Shown here: piece by piece, positions 1 to 54,056 of the stretch | Numbering within the stretch: position 1 is the first letter of the stretch | Layout: every line of letters begins with the position of its first letter | From: Chrysomallon squamiferum | Taxonomy: Eukaryota > Animalia > Mollusca | NCBI GenBank assembly: GCA_012295275.1 | Contig: CM022677.1 | Location: forward strand, 1,240,001 to 1,304,000 | DNA length: 64,000 nt | Direction: 5' to 3' | Translations under genes and position numbers: made by a program | The notes under the pieces: model-generated | The model's input: only the letters and a program-made list of their open reading frames with translations | Told to the model about the DNA's origin: nothing | Databases searched by the model: none

Positions 1-513
1 TTGTTGTCTTTGTTCTTCTAGTAACCACTATATAAAAGGTAGTTGTATTAAACAGGATGTTTTCAAACCACGCATGTCTTCAACAGGGATGGATCAGTTT
101 ATCTTATTTTAACAAAGTCTACATTACAGCCATTATATGTAAATAACAAGACTAAAACTACAGAAATATTTACACTTTTGTTTTTTAATTACATCACTGT
201 TGAAAACTAATTAATATAATAATTAACATTAAAACCCTAGAAAGTGAAAAACACAACAAGAGTAAGAGTGTATACACACCATACAGCTACAACAAACTCA
301 TGCCATGAAAAAGCTTTTATATAATATTAGAGATTATTTGTACAGAGACTAAGGACTTAAGCACTATAGAGAGAATTACTACTAACAGTTATTAGGAACA
401 CCACCAGCTGGGAGTGACAACACATAACATAAGCAGCAACATGATTGGTTGTAGACTTGTCACATGACTCAAGCAGGCTCTACAAAACTGACCAATCACT
501 GCTTGTGTCTCAC

Positions 514-42057
<41,544 letters not shown>

Positions 42058-42258
42058 CTGCAAAACAAGAGGCGACGGTTTGTTAAACAAAACAGTTCTC
42101 CACTCAAGTACATTTAATACACTGGTAAGGCTGCAATATAAAATGAAGAGAAAACAAGGATAAAGTTGAATCAATGCAGATACAAAACCGATATAGTTTC
42201 GTGTTTTTAGTTATTTGTGTGGTTTTTCATACACACACAAACATATATATATATATAT

Positions 42259-42269
42259 GAGAGAGAGAG

Positions 42270-42354
<85 letters not shown>
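42259..42354. repeat. (GA)n microsatellite
   Basis: Directly visible. Confidence 0.96.
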
Positions 42355-42357
<3 letters not shown>

Positions 42358-42799
42358 AAGTAAACTGACACAAATGGAATGCTAACAGAAGATTATTGAT
42401 TTCTAAGCGAGTAAATATTTTATTTTCAGTTAATTCAATATTATACAATTACAAAATGTCGATGTACAAACTACTTCCTCATCTCTAGGGATATCAACAT
42501 GAGGATGTGGTTCACTCATGAAGAAAGATACATAGTGTACGTCGTTACTTGACAAGAGTGTAAGTGTAAAGTGTACGCAACAGCATCCTTAAAATTATAA
42601 CAATAAAAAAATAGACAAAATGGACACTAGAATATTCAGCTTGTATAAAAAGTATAATTATTTTTCAGAAACATACATCATTATCTACAAGAATTATTAT
42701 TATTATTATTTAATTTTTAATTTTTGCATTTTTTAAAAAGTGCTGAGGCGAATCTTAGAATGAAATTAAAAAAAAAATCTTTCACACGAACATCGTCAC

Positions 42800-42823
42800 C
42801 TGTTTGTACTGCGACTGTTTCAT
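42800..42823 (-). CDS. Candidate alternative first coding exon (MKQSQYKQ)
   Basis: TAA-ATG AAA CAG TCG CAG TAC AAA CAG|gtgacg; phase 0 matches the exon starting at 42057. Confidence 0.35.
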
Positions 42824-43047
42824 TTAGTTAGCTGAACTTCGGAAATACGTCTACGTGGAAGTAGTTCTCAGCTGAATTAAACGCAGTTATCGGGGAATTA
42901 AATGTGATAATGGACAACGTATTTTTGGTACTAAAGATTTAAAGATGCTGGAAATAAATTCACAAAAACATCTTCCTGTTTCCAGATTATTAAAGTGTCT
43001 GTGTCGACGAGGTTCAGTTGGGATGTGTGTCGTGCACGCGTCCACTG

Positions 43048-43055
43048 TGACGTCA
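43048..43055. promoter_or_regulatory. Palindromic CRE-like site TGACGTCA
   Basis: Exact octamer about 225 nt upstream (gene sense) of the candidate ATG, in a CpG-containing zone. Could be chance. Confidence 0.25.
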
Positions 43056-43342
43056 TGACAGTTTATCTCGAGAACAGGCAGATCAAACCTCTTTAATTTT
43101 TTATCGTTAATGCACATTTGAATTTCTGAGATAGGTCTGAACAGCAACCCTGTAAATATCCCACTTAGAATTAAAGGGTAGTTAATCTTACACAATCACG
43201 TGCATTATAAAAGCGCAACACATACCACGCCATTTCTTGTATTAGTCTTGATATATTCGTCAGTTTAGAACAACACCAATGCTAAATCTGTGCATGAGAG
43301 ATGTGTACAGCTTGGTCAATTCCAAGTCATCTCGCATTGACT

Positions 43343-43735
43343 CACACACAGAAATACGTACACCACACACACACACACAAACACAAATACATACATATAC
43401 ACACAAATACATACATACACACACACACAAAAACATACACCACATACACACACACACACTCACACAAATACATACACCACACACACACACACACACACAC
43501 AAATACATACACCACACACACACACACACACACAAATGCATACACCACACACACACACACACAAATACATACACCACACACACACACTCACACAAATACA
43601 TACACTACACATACACACACACACTCACACAAATACATACACCACATACACACACACACTCACACAAATGCATACACCACATACACACACACACACATTC
43701 AAACAAATACATACACCACACACACACACACTCAA
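43343..43735. repeat. CA-rich compound repeat (acaaatacatacaccac(ac)n)
   Basis: Directly visible. Confidence 0.93.
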
Positions 43736-44190
43736 CAGATACAACACGTACACAGACAAATACAGACACAGAAAACATATACGACACTTGTAGATGCTAA
43801 CTCATCTGACTTAAAATAGGTTTATGCACGATTTACTGGTCATGTAATGAAGTGAACTGGGCTGTTCAAAGCTGCTATGGAGCAAATTGTCAGTTATTAA
43901 ATAGATGGATCAATAGACAAACAGAGCGTAACAAAAACAAAAATAAACAAAAGTAAAGTTTTATGAGATTCATTAGAAAAGTACTTCAAAAACGAAATAT
44001 TTTAAGATGCACTCACTAAGCAGAAACTTCATATAAACATTTTTGTTGTTGTTGTATTAACGATATTTGCAAACATTCACAGTTTTTTAATTTTCTCAAT
44101 ATTTTCTACATTTATTTCAAGACCGTGCGAAATTTTGTTTGTCATTTACTGTTTTTTTTAAATTGTTTCATTTATATTATTATCATTATT

Positions 44191-44232
<42 letters not shown>

Positions 44233-46823
44233 AATTCAGTGTTCTGTTATTGTTATCCATCTACTCGGTATGGCGTCGTGGAGTTCGGAAATTGCCACAT
44301 CAAAGTAACGCTAATGACGTCGACACAGAAAGTGTTGTGCACGCACATTAAGAATGAGCTGTGAAAATAATTGATTATTTTTTCTCAAGTTTTTTCTTCA
44401 CCTAGTCAATCCTCAGTAAGAGAACTTACGAGTAATTGGTGGATACGACCTGCATCTAAATTGCTGTCTTGTTAATAACGTAAAATAGACAGCTTACTTT
44501 TTAATTTTTTTCAGATTAACACTTTATCCTGTTCGAGAAAACGAGTAATTAAAAACATTCTGTTGGGGGTATGTCCCAGCCTGCTTCAGTGCAAAATAAA
44601 ATCCTCAGAAATATTCGATATACTTTTACAAGGACGGTTATATAATTACCGCTGTGCGTGTGTATTTGAGAAAGAGAAAGACTGAAGGAATAGAAAGCAT
44701 TCTATTAGACATTTCGCGTTAGTAAATGGGTATTGTGGCCACTGTGTGTAGCAGCTGAGTGACGCTGCTGCAGGCACTGAAGCTTGAGCTGTTTTCTGTC
44801 GTAAACCAGTGGAATGAAACAGCTTGGAACAATTAGTGGAAATTCTCGTGTAATTTCCACTGCTGACATCACACGACTGACACGCTGAATGACAGCAAAC
44901 AGCAGCAGAACTTAGCTCCTTTTAACACTGCTAGAGTTACCGATCCCCAGTACAACATTTCTAATTCAACGAGTTCATCATATCTGTGTAGTATGTCTAA
45001 AATACCAGTCTAAACATCAAAAGGCGGGTCACTTGTTCAAGTTTATATTAACATATCTTATCTATTCAAACTAATGTTAACACAGTCAAAAAATTGTTCA
45101 AGTTAGTTTCATAAATGAAATATATCTAACGATTACTTTTATGAAGGTGATTCTTTGTTGCAATTTGTATGAAAATACTTCGTGGCTAGATGTAGCGTCA
45201 TTATAACAGTATGAAATATATATGAACAGATCAATAAAAATCTCTTTACCAATACTTTTAAACCTTTGAAATCTCATTGGTATCATAAACTGCCTCAGTT
45301 ATTAGTTTAAGGACCTTGAAAAATTACTTATTCATTTGGTTTTCCGGGTTTGTTTAGAAGGATGTCACGCGTTAGTGCTCATGCTCAGTCATCCAGTTTC
45401 TTCTCCAGTTCACGTGCATTTCCTCTGCTTCAGCTCATTTCTCGTGCATTTTAACTTCACAGTTTTACAAATTATTTCTCATCTCAGAAAAACGATTTCA
45501 TCAGAGGCCTTGTGAAATGAGTAAATGTAAAATCTACAGGAGTTTGAATTTAATCGACATACTGATCCGATCTGAAATCTGTTCCACCTCCTGGCTCTAC
45601 TTCTGCTGTCAGTTCCTGCAGCTGTTTGAAAAAGGAGACAGAAGTGATATCAAATATTTATTTAACAAACCCGAACATTTTTTTTTTTTGCCATCTTTTT
45701 TAAAAACTAAGTAGTTAAAGATTCTATAATACAAAGATTTCGTGCTTTGTGAACCTGGTTCTGTGTGATCCCCGTGATTTTATCTGCTCGACCTTTTCTG
45801 CAGTATTTAAACCTTAACAGAAATAAATGATGGATGTCTGTATATAAAAAATATCTCAAAATATTTTGAAATTTTACATTATCTGATATACAAATTATTT
45901 GTGATTTTAATTAAATGTGTTTTTACCCACTTCACTTTGCTGTTGCCAGTTCGACCACAGATCTGCAGATTTCCCACTGATTAATCAGATTATAAAATTA
46001 CTGTGGAAACAAGGCTGGGGTGGGGGTTGGCACCTCCGTCTGCAAATAGGTATTGACTAACAACTCAACATTGTCTTTATCTTGAATATGTAAGTCAACA
46101 GAATTTTTTCACTGCGCACCAAGGCGCTTGAGACACCTGTGTTAATAACTGTGATCCTGAACGAAAAACAGCAGAGGATGAGCTGGTGCACTGTAAGCGA
46201 AATGCTGTTAGGTGTTGAGAAGTAAAATAATTGTTTCTACAGAGAATTAAATTAGGTCACCTGGATAGGTGAGAAAAATCACAAACAGGTCTATTAGATT
46301 TTCCTTCAGCACACAGCCACATAAATAATTCAAAGAAATCGTTCAGCTGGCTGCTTCAAGGTGCCATTACTTTCAGAATGGGTTTAACCCCTTCCGGCCA
46401 GCACACTGGAAAGCTGTCGATTCTTGGGTTAACGAATTCAGTTTAGGAGTAACAGGCAGATAGAAAGAAAAAAAAAGAGATTTGATAAGACACCTATAAG
46501 ACCATATAAAATATTTACAGACGTGAGTTATCTGCGCAGAAACTGATTGTGTTAAGCTGAACAAAACATAGCAACTCTTGTGACGGCTGTGGAGTATGGA
46601 CTCAGCAGTTTAACTGAACAACTACAACGACGTTTAACGTTAAACTGAATTATGCAACGTAGCTCACGCCAGGCCTGTAGTCGTCAAGAGTTTAAAATTA
46701 AAATGTAAATGATCTTAATTAAAATAATTGAATAAAGGATAAATTATTGTTTAATTTCTAACTATTGTTTTTGTTTAATTATTTTAATTTTAACTACGCT
46801 ATAGCAGCTATTTTTATTTATGC

Positions 46824-46856
<33 letters not shown>

Positions 46857-47273
46857 TTTTGTTGTTTGTTAGGTGATGATTTAAGCCCAGTCAATGACTT
46901 TGGATCATAATTATATCAACTGTCAGGCTGAGAACAAACTGGCCTCAAGCTGCTAGTTACCTCCGTGCGTTTCAAACTGATCCCAGATTTTCTCATATCA
47001 CATAAAATCTGCAGCTATCTGTAAAAACACTTCAGCACACTTATTACAGAACAGGTAGTGTAGACTGAAAATCACGGACTGGATTCGCTGACGTCGCCAC
47101 CTTGCAAAGGTAATTTCACGAGTTTTGTCAGCGAGACTGAGAAACAACACGTACATCTCGTTCTTAGTGTGTTTTCACTGCTCTTGTTGTAAAAAGTTTA
47201 CCAGCATTTGTCAGCAGAAAAACTCTTACCTAAACCATTTTGTTTTTTAAAACTTAGAAATGACATCAACGTG

Positions 47274-47305
<32 letters not shown>

Positions 47306-47867
47306 CAACTCGTTATTTATTCATCTGAAGAAGGAAGAAAGATGTGACTGACAGTCTCCTGAAACTACAAGAAGTTTTTGTGTTTATTTCTTAGATTTTA
47401 TGAAACTTTAAGTTAGTGCGTTTTATCAAAATAAAAATAAGAATAAAAAATAAAATAAAAATAAAGTAAAAATAAAATAATAAAATACAGACATTTCACT
47501 ATTGCCAAATTTGGCTTTAACTGTCCATTTCACACTGGTAAATGATACAGCTAAAATCTTTCACGTTTCTTGTATTATTTAATGATTGCTGTGTCTTGAT
47601 TTCAGCTTTCTCTCTTCTCTAATAATCCCAACAGTTTTGTGTCTCGCAAAATGTAATCAAATTAATATATGTGTGTGTGTGTGTGCGTGCGTGTGCGTGT
47701 GGGTGTAATTATCTTAGTACTGCCTGCTACTATTTTTCCTATTGGAACACTTGCTGGTAATGATAATAGTAGCTATGTAAGTATCTACCTTTGTTCACTG
47801 ACAAAATAGATCTGCAGTGTGTCAAGATGTGGCTGTCTTACGTCCACAGAACGAGTTTGATTTGCTA

Positions 47868-48050
47868 TGAGTATGTGTGTCAGTATGCGTGAATCTGTCA
47901 GTATGTGTCTCAGTATGCGTGAATCCGTGAGTATGTGTCAGTATGCGTGAATCCGTGAGTATGTGTGTCAGTATGCGTGAATCCGTGAGTATGTGTGTCA
48001 GTATGCGTGAATCTGTGAGTATTGTGTCAGTATGCGTGAAGCTGTGAGTA
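47868..48050. repeat. 28-30-nt tandem repeat (gtgagtatgtgtgtcagtatgcgtgaatcc) x6
   Basis: Directly visible. Confidence 0.92.
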
Positions 48051-49418
48051 TCGGAGTTTTTGGAAGCCAAGATATGAGCGTGACGTACGTGACATGTGGC
48101 AGCCACGGTGTGTGCAGCGTCAGGCACGCTGCTCTACAATCAGGTGTAACCAGCAGTTAACGAAAACAGCACCGAGTCGAGAAATGATAGATCAACAAAC
48201 GCACTTTAACAGTCTAACGATAAGTGAGAAGGCTTTACCAATCGATAAAGTCGTGGCATGACAGATGCTGTACTGAAAATTAAAATAAAATAATAGATAA
48301 CTATAATCATCTTCCTGAAAACCTAGCTTGACATTTTTTTTCTGTCATCTCTAATAATAACTCACTGCTTGTTTTTATAAGACAAAACCGGAGACGAGAT
48401 TCACGTAGAATGATCTTCTTTGATTGTCTGCTGCGCAACGTTCCCGAGTACTCGGTGCCAAAGACAGGTCAGTGAATGACCGTGTCCGAGCTTTCCCCCC
48501 ACGGGAAGCTGCAGGTAAATGGGTGGGTGAAATTAGTTAATGTAATTATTTTGCTGCCAGAAATTTAAAAATTAAAAAAATATATATAAATGTATATATA
48601 AAAAAATAAATAAATAAAGGAGTTAAAATTGAAAATAGAAAAAAGTAAAAATAATGGTAATAATAATAAAAAGTTAATTAAATCCTGTAAAGTCGAGATA
48701 TGTTGTGTATATAAGAAAAGTAAATTTTACAGAAGCGGCTTATAATGAATAAAATTCGCATTTAGAATAAGGCCGATAGTAAACTCTTTGTAGAGGTTTA
48801 TATTCAACTCTGGGCTCATAATGGACATTATATGAATTCTGCAACAAAACAGATATTACAAGAAGTCAGTTCCGTACTGGGATAATGAAGCATACGGTGC
48901 TGATAGATTCCCTGTTGAATGTTGTGTACATTCCACATAGCCTGTATATTCGAACGTAATTTCGTAACATGCCTGCCTCAACATTCAAACAGAGTTTCCG
49001 TAAACGTAACATTGGTGACCTAGAAATATGGAAACAGTAAAATTCGACCTATATTCACAGCAGTGTTGGTCTGGCAGAGCCCACGGCAACTCCGCCGTTT
49101 GAAATAAAAATGTCTCCTGACATTTAAAGATGGACATCTAGAGTTGCTTCAATTAACATTTGTCATTACGAATGTAAAGATGTTTCCAAGTGCACTTCGC
49201 TTCTAAACAGCGAACAGTAGTCGAGATGGTGGCATGACTTAATAAATGCCACAAGTTCTTTCATGATGAAAAATGTTTTATGTTACAAACCAATAGTTTT
49301 CTTTTCATTACGTTTTTCTCTTATTCGTTGAAAACACACACACACACACAAAAGTATTTTCTAGCTGACGATTCTGCAGAAGAGACATGTCAAAAGCTCT
49401 CGTTCGTTTGCTGAAAAG

Positions 49419-49781
49419 AACTTCATATTACGTGTGAATTTACTGAAAGCAGATAACTTCATATCACGTGTGTATCTACTCAAAGCAGATAACTTCATAT
49501 CACGTGTGAATCTACTCAAGGCAGATAACTTCATATCACGTGTGAATCTACTCAAAGCAGATAACTTCATATCACGTGTGAATCTACTCAAGGCAGATAA
49601 CTTCATATCACGTGTGAATCTACTCAAAGCAGATAACTTCATATCACGTGTGAATCTACTCAAAGCAGATAACTTCATATCACGTGTGAATCTACTCAAA
49701 GCAGATAACTTCATATCACGTTTGAATCTACTCAAAGCAGATAAATTCATATCACGTGTGAATCTACTCAAGGCAGATAAC
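49419..49781. repeat. 36-nt tandem repeat x10 with an E-box CACGTG in most units
   Basis: acttcatatcacgtgtgaatctactcaaagcagata. Confidence 0.96.
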
Positions 49782-51725
49782 TGAAAAGTGTCTTTACTTT
49801 TGTAATTGAAACAGCGTAACATTTCACAACTAAATTTTTAAACTAAAAATTAAAACTGGATGCAGAAATATTTTAATAAACGATGCATTCATTCGACACC
49901 ATTTTTTAAATCTTCGATGTGATACAACTTATTAACATGATACAAATTGTTATTAAATGCAATTTCATTTGTTTAGTACCATTAAAAAGAAAGCAATGAA
50001 CTGTTACAACCCGAAAACTGGGACAAAGCACCTATAGCAGTAACACATTGATATTTGACTTCAGAAATGAAAAACTGATACGACAAAATGTTAAGGGTAT
50101 AAAATAATGAAGACAAAATAAAACCTGATTCCTGCCATCAGTGTCGGTTACTGCTTTTTAAAACAACAACAAGAGACGTACACGTGGCATGCGCGGGACG
50201 TCAGCGTTCTTAACAGATTGCAGTGTCAGGCCTGTTCTGTACACTACTAATCATTTCACTACGGCTGTCGTTAGTTCTGTCTACGGGAAGGTGATTATAA
50301 AACGGCTTTCACTGCCTACCGAACACAATGTCCTGTAAAAAACTGTTAACCATGTTTGTTAATTTTCTGGCATATCCATTAATACAGAAATATCATCCAA
50401 AAAAATTAACTGTTTAATCATGTCGTGGAAAGAACGTATGTGTCGGTACAGCTGTTATCAAATGCAATTTGTAGTCCATTAAAACGAGGAAACACCGTTT
50501 AACACAGGAATGAAGTGTCACAAACTGAACACAGCAAGAACATGTTGTTATTCGCCAACAGAAGTGAAGCATGTTAACGACAGAAAGTTGTATTATGCTG
50601 GACTGGGATAAACGGAGGTTTTATTCTTGAATGCATATACAACCTGACAAATATAATTACACATATACATAGATATACTCTATAGTCGCTTAGTATGTTC
50701 TATGACTTGTAAAAGGGAAGATCCAGGATTTTAGTCAAAGACTGAAGTGACTGTTCTTTTGTCAGAATTTACATTTTAAGTTTGTTTTTATCTGAGTATA
50801 GGGTGAGACTCAAATTATGATCACGTGGCGTTATTCTCGACTGAGACAAAAATGATATTACAAGTCGCAGGTGTGATATCTGGTATATTTCACACTGTAA
50901 TAGTATATCATTATTATAATTCCCTTTACACACTGCTCACACCTACAGTAACTAATAAGTGAATTAGTATGAAGCCGGGGCTAACGCACGACTAAGGTAA
51001 TTTAATAGTCTTCACAGATGGCTCATCCTGCCTCAGTATTTTATTCATATCTGAAAATGACAAAACGGGTGTCCATTTCAAAACTAACACAAAATCTACA
51101 AACAAGCATTTTGATAAGATAGATGTTTAAATAGATAAAAAAATATAAGAAATGAATGTATAGAGAGATAGAAAAACAGATTGATATATATATATATATA
51201 TATATACATACATATATACATACATATGTAAATTCTAGATGAACAAAATGTATGCATGATAAATAATTAGATAAAAGGTACAGAGTGAATAAAAATATAA
51301 TGAGAAATCGATAATTTAATTAACTCGACATAAATAATAATGATTATAAAGTATTACTAAAAGTGTGTCACTCTAAGTAGGTTTTGTCGTTATTCACAAA
51401 CATTAAATTATAGGCAACAGCTGGTGTCTGTTTGACGGTAGACCTAGTACATTTGAGAAACAAATTTAAACAAACTAGTGTTGGGTGAAATGTGTCCTAG
51501 CTAAATGTGTGTGTGTGTGTGTGTGTGTGTTTCTGCACTAGGTGTAATTCATACTGTGCCGAAAATACAGAGTTCAGTTCCCATAGTCATAATTTTCAAA
51601 TATCGTTTAAAGTAAAACAGACTGCTGCACAATTTTGTAGAAACCAGATTACTAATACAGTGTTAGGTAATAACACGAAAATGTGGCATCAAATAACAGC
51701 GAAGCAGATGCATTTATTACTATTT

Positions 51726-53126
51726 CAGTAACCGTTGTTATGTAGCGCGTTTAATAGACAGTACAGATGTGTTACATTTTACTGCGCCAGTAACCGTTAT
51801 GTAGCGCGTTTAATAGACAGTACAGATGTGTTACATTTTACTGCGCCAGTAACCGTTGTGTAGCGCGTTTAATAGACAGTACAGATGTGTTACATTTTAC
51901 TGCGCCAGTAACCGTTGTTATGTAACACGTTTAATAGACAGTACAGATGTGTTACATTTTACTGCGCCAGTAACCGTTGTGTAGCGCGTTTAATAGACGC
52001 AGTACAGATGTGTTACATTTTACTGCGCCAGTAACCGTTATGTAGCGCGTTTAATAGACAGTACAGATGTGTTACATTTTACTGCGCCAGTAACCGTTAT
52101 GTAGCGCGTTTAATAGACAGTACAGATGTGTTACATTTTACTGCGCCAGTAACCGTTGTGTAGCGCGTTTAATAGACAGTACAGATGTGTTACATTTTAC
52201 TGCGCCAGTAACCGTTATGTAGCGCGTTTAATAGACAGTACAGATGTGCTACATTTTACTGCGCCAGTAACCGTTGTGTAACGCGTTTAATAGACAGTAC
52301 AGATGTGTTACATTTTACTGCGCCAGTAACCGTTATGTAGCGCGTTTAATAGACAGTACAGATGTGTTACATTTTACTGCGCCAGTAACCGTTGTTAACG
52401 CGTTTAATAGACAGTACAGATGTGTTACATTTTACTGCGCCAGTTTAAGCGCGTTTAATAGACAGTACAGATGTGTTACATTTTACTGCGCCAGTAACCG
52501 TTGTGTAACGCGTTTAATAGACAGTACAGATGTGTTACATTTTACTGCGCCAGTAACCGTTGTGTAGCGCGTTTAATAGACAGTACAGATGTGTTACATT
52601 TTACTGCGCCAGTTTAACGCGTTTAATAGACAGTACAGATGTGTTACATTTTACTGCGCCAGTAACCGTTATGTAGCGCGTTTAATAGACAGTACAGATG
52701 TGTTACATTTTACTGCGCCAGTAACCGTTGTTTAGCGCGTTTAATAAACAGTACAGATGTGTTACATTTTACTGCGCCAGTAACCGTTGTGTAACGCGTT
52801 TAATAGACAGTACAGATGTGTTACATTTTACTGCGCCAGTAACCGTTATGTAGCGCGTTTAATAGACAGTACAGATGTGTTACATTTTACTGCGCCAGTA
52901 ACCGTTGTGTAACGCGTTTAATAGACAGTACAGATGTGTTACATTTTACTGCGCCAGTAACCGTTATGTAGCGCGTTTAATAGACAGTACAGATGTGTTA
53001 CATTTTACTGCGCCAGTAACCGTTGTTTAGCGCGTTTAATAAACAGTACAGATGTGTTACATTTTACTGCGCCAGTAACCGTTGTGTAACGCGTTTAATG
53101 GACAGTACAGATGTGTTACATTTTAC
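51726..53126. repeat. 59-nt minisatellite, about 24 highly homogeneous copies
   Basis: cagtaaccgttatgtagcgcgtttaatagacagtacagatgtgttacattttactgcgc. Confidence 0.97.
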
Positions 53127-53856
53127 GATGCATAGACAAAACAAATATAAATAAAGATTATATACGCACACACATACAGGCACGCATACATACACATGGA
53201 TTTTGTGTAAAGAGTTTACTAATTATGTTAACTGATCTCAAATTGTACTGAATACACTTTGCGTTTATACGAAGTGTCAGTTCAGTGTAACTGGGTAATT
53301 CATAACTGTAACTTTACAAGAGGTCTGATTTTTAAAGAGACCATCTTCTAGTTTTTAATTACTCACGCGAACATGGGACTCTGCACGTGAGTCTGCATGA
53401 AATCGATAATTCGAGATGCTTTTCATTTATTTTGTTTATTTTTTAATGTTTTTTTTTTTTTGGTTGGTTGGTTGGTTGATTTTTATTTGCATTAGTTAAA
53501 AAAAAAAAAAAAAAAAAAATGAAATAAAAATATAAAGACTGTAAAAAAGAAACATTGTTTGATGAAGTCGTTTCCGTAACTGACAGGAAAACTGACACTT
53601 GTCGCGTATCGATCCCAGGGCCCGCGGACTGTCAGTTTATTGGTTTTTAGTTAAGCGATAAACGAGCCGCACGTAAAGCTGGGTTGTTTTCTAAGCCGAG
53701 ATCGACAGACGCATCGATTGAGCGTCGACGTTAAACGGGCCGTGGCAGCGCGCGATCGTTTGTTCAACGACGTCGTAGCAGATTGTTTAATAAACGCCAA
53801 TTAGCTGTCTGCTCGGGACGCCGTCGTGTGTTGTTGGCTCGTGTCATCTAGATTTA

Positions 53857-54056
53857 CCTCACCCTGTTTTACAACACACTCTGTTTTACAACACACCCTG
53901 TTTTACAACTCACCCTGTTTTACACGACTCACCCTGTTTTACAACTCACCCTGTTTTACAACTCACCCTGTTTTACAACTCACCCTGTTTTTACAACTCA
54001 CCCTGTTTTACACGACTCACCCTGTTTTACACGACTCATCCTGTTTTACAACTCAC
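53857..54056. repeat. About 18-nt tandem repeat (acaactcaccctgtttt), about 10 copies
   Basis: Directly visible. Confidence 0.92.

Noticed and set aside
51726-53126. CRISPR-like regularly spaced repeat
   Set aside because: The linkers are near-identical variants rather than unique spacers, there are no cas genes, and the context is a eukaryotic intron.
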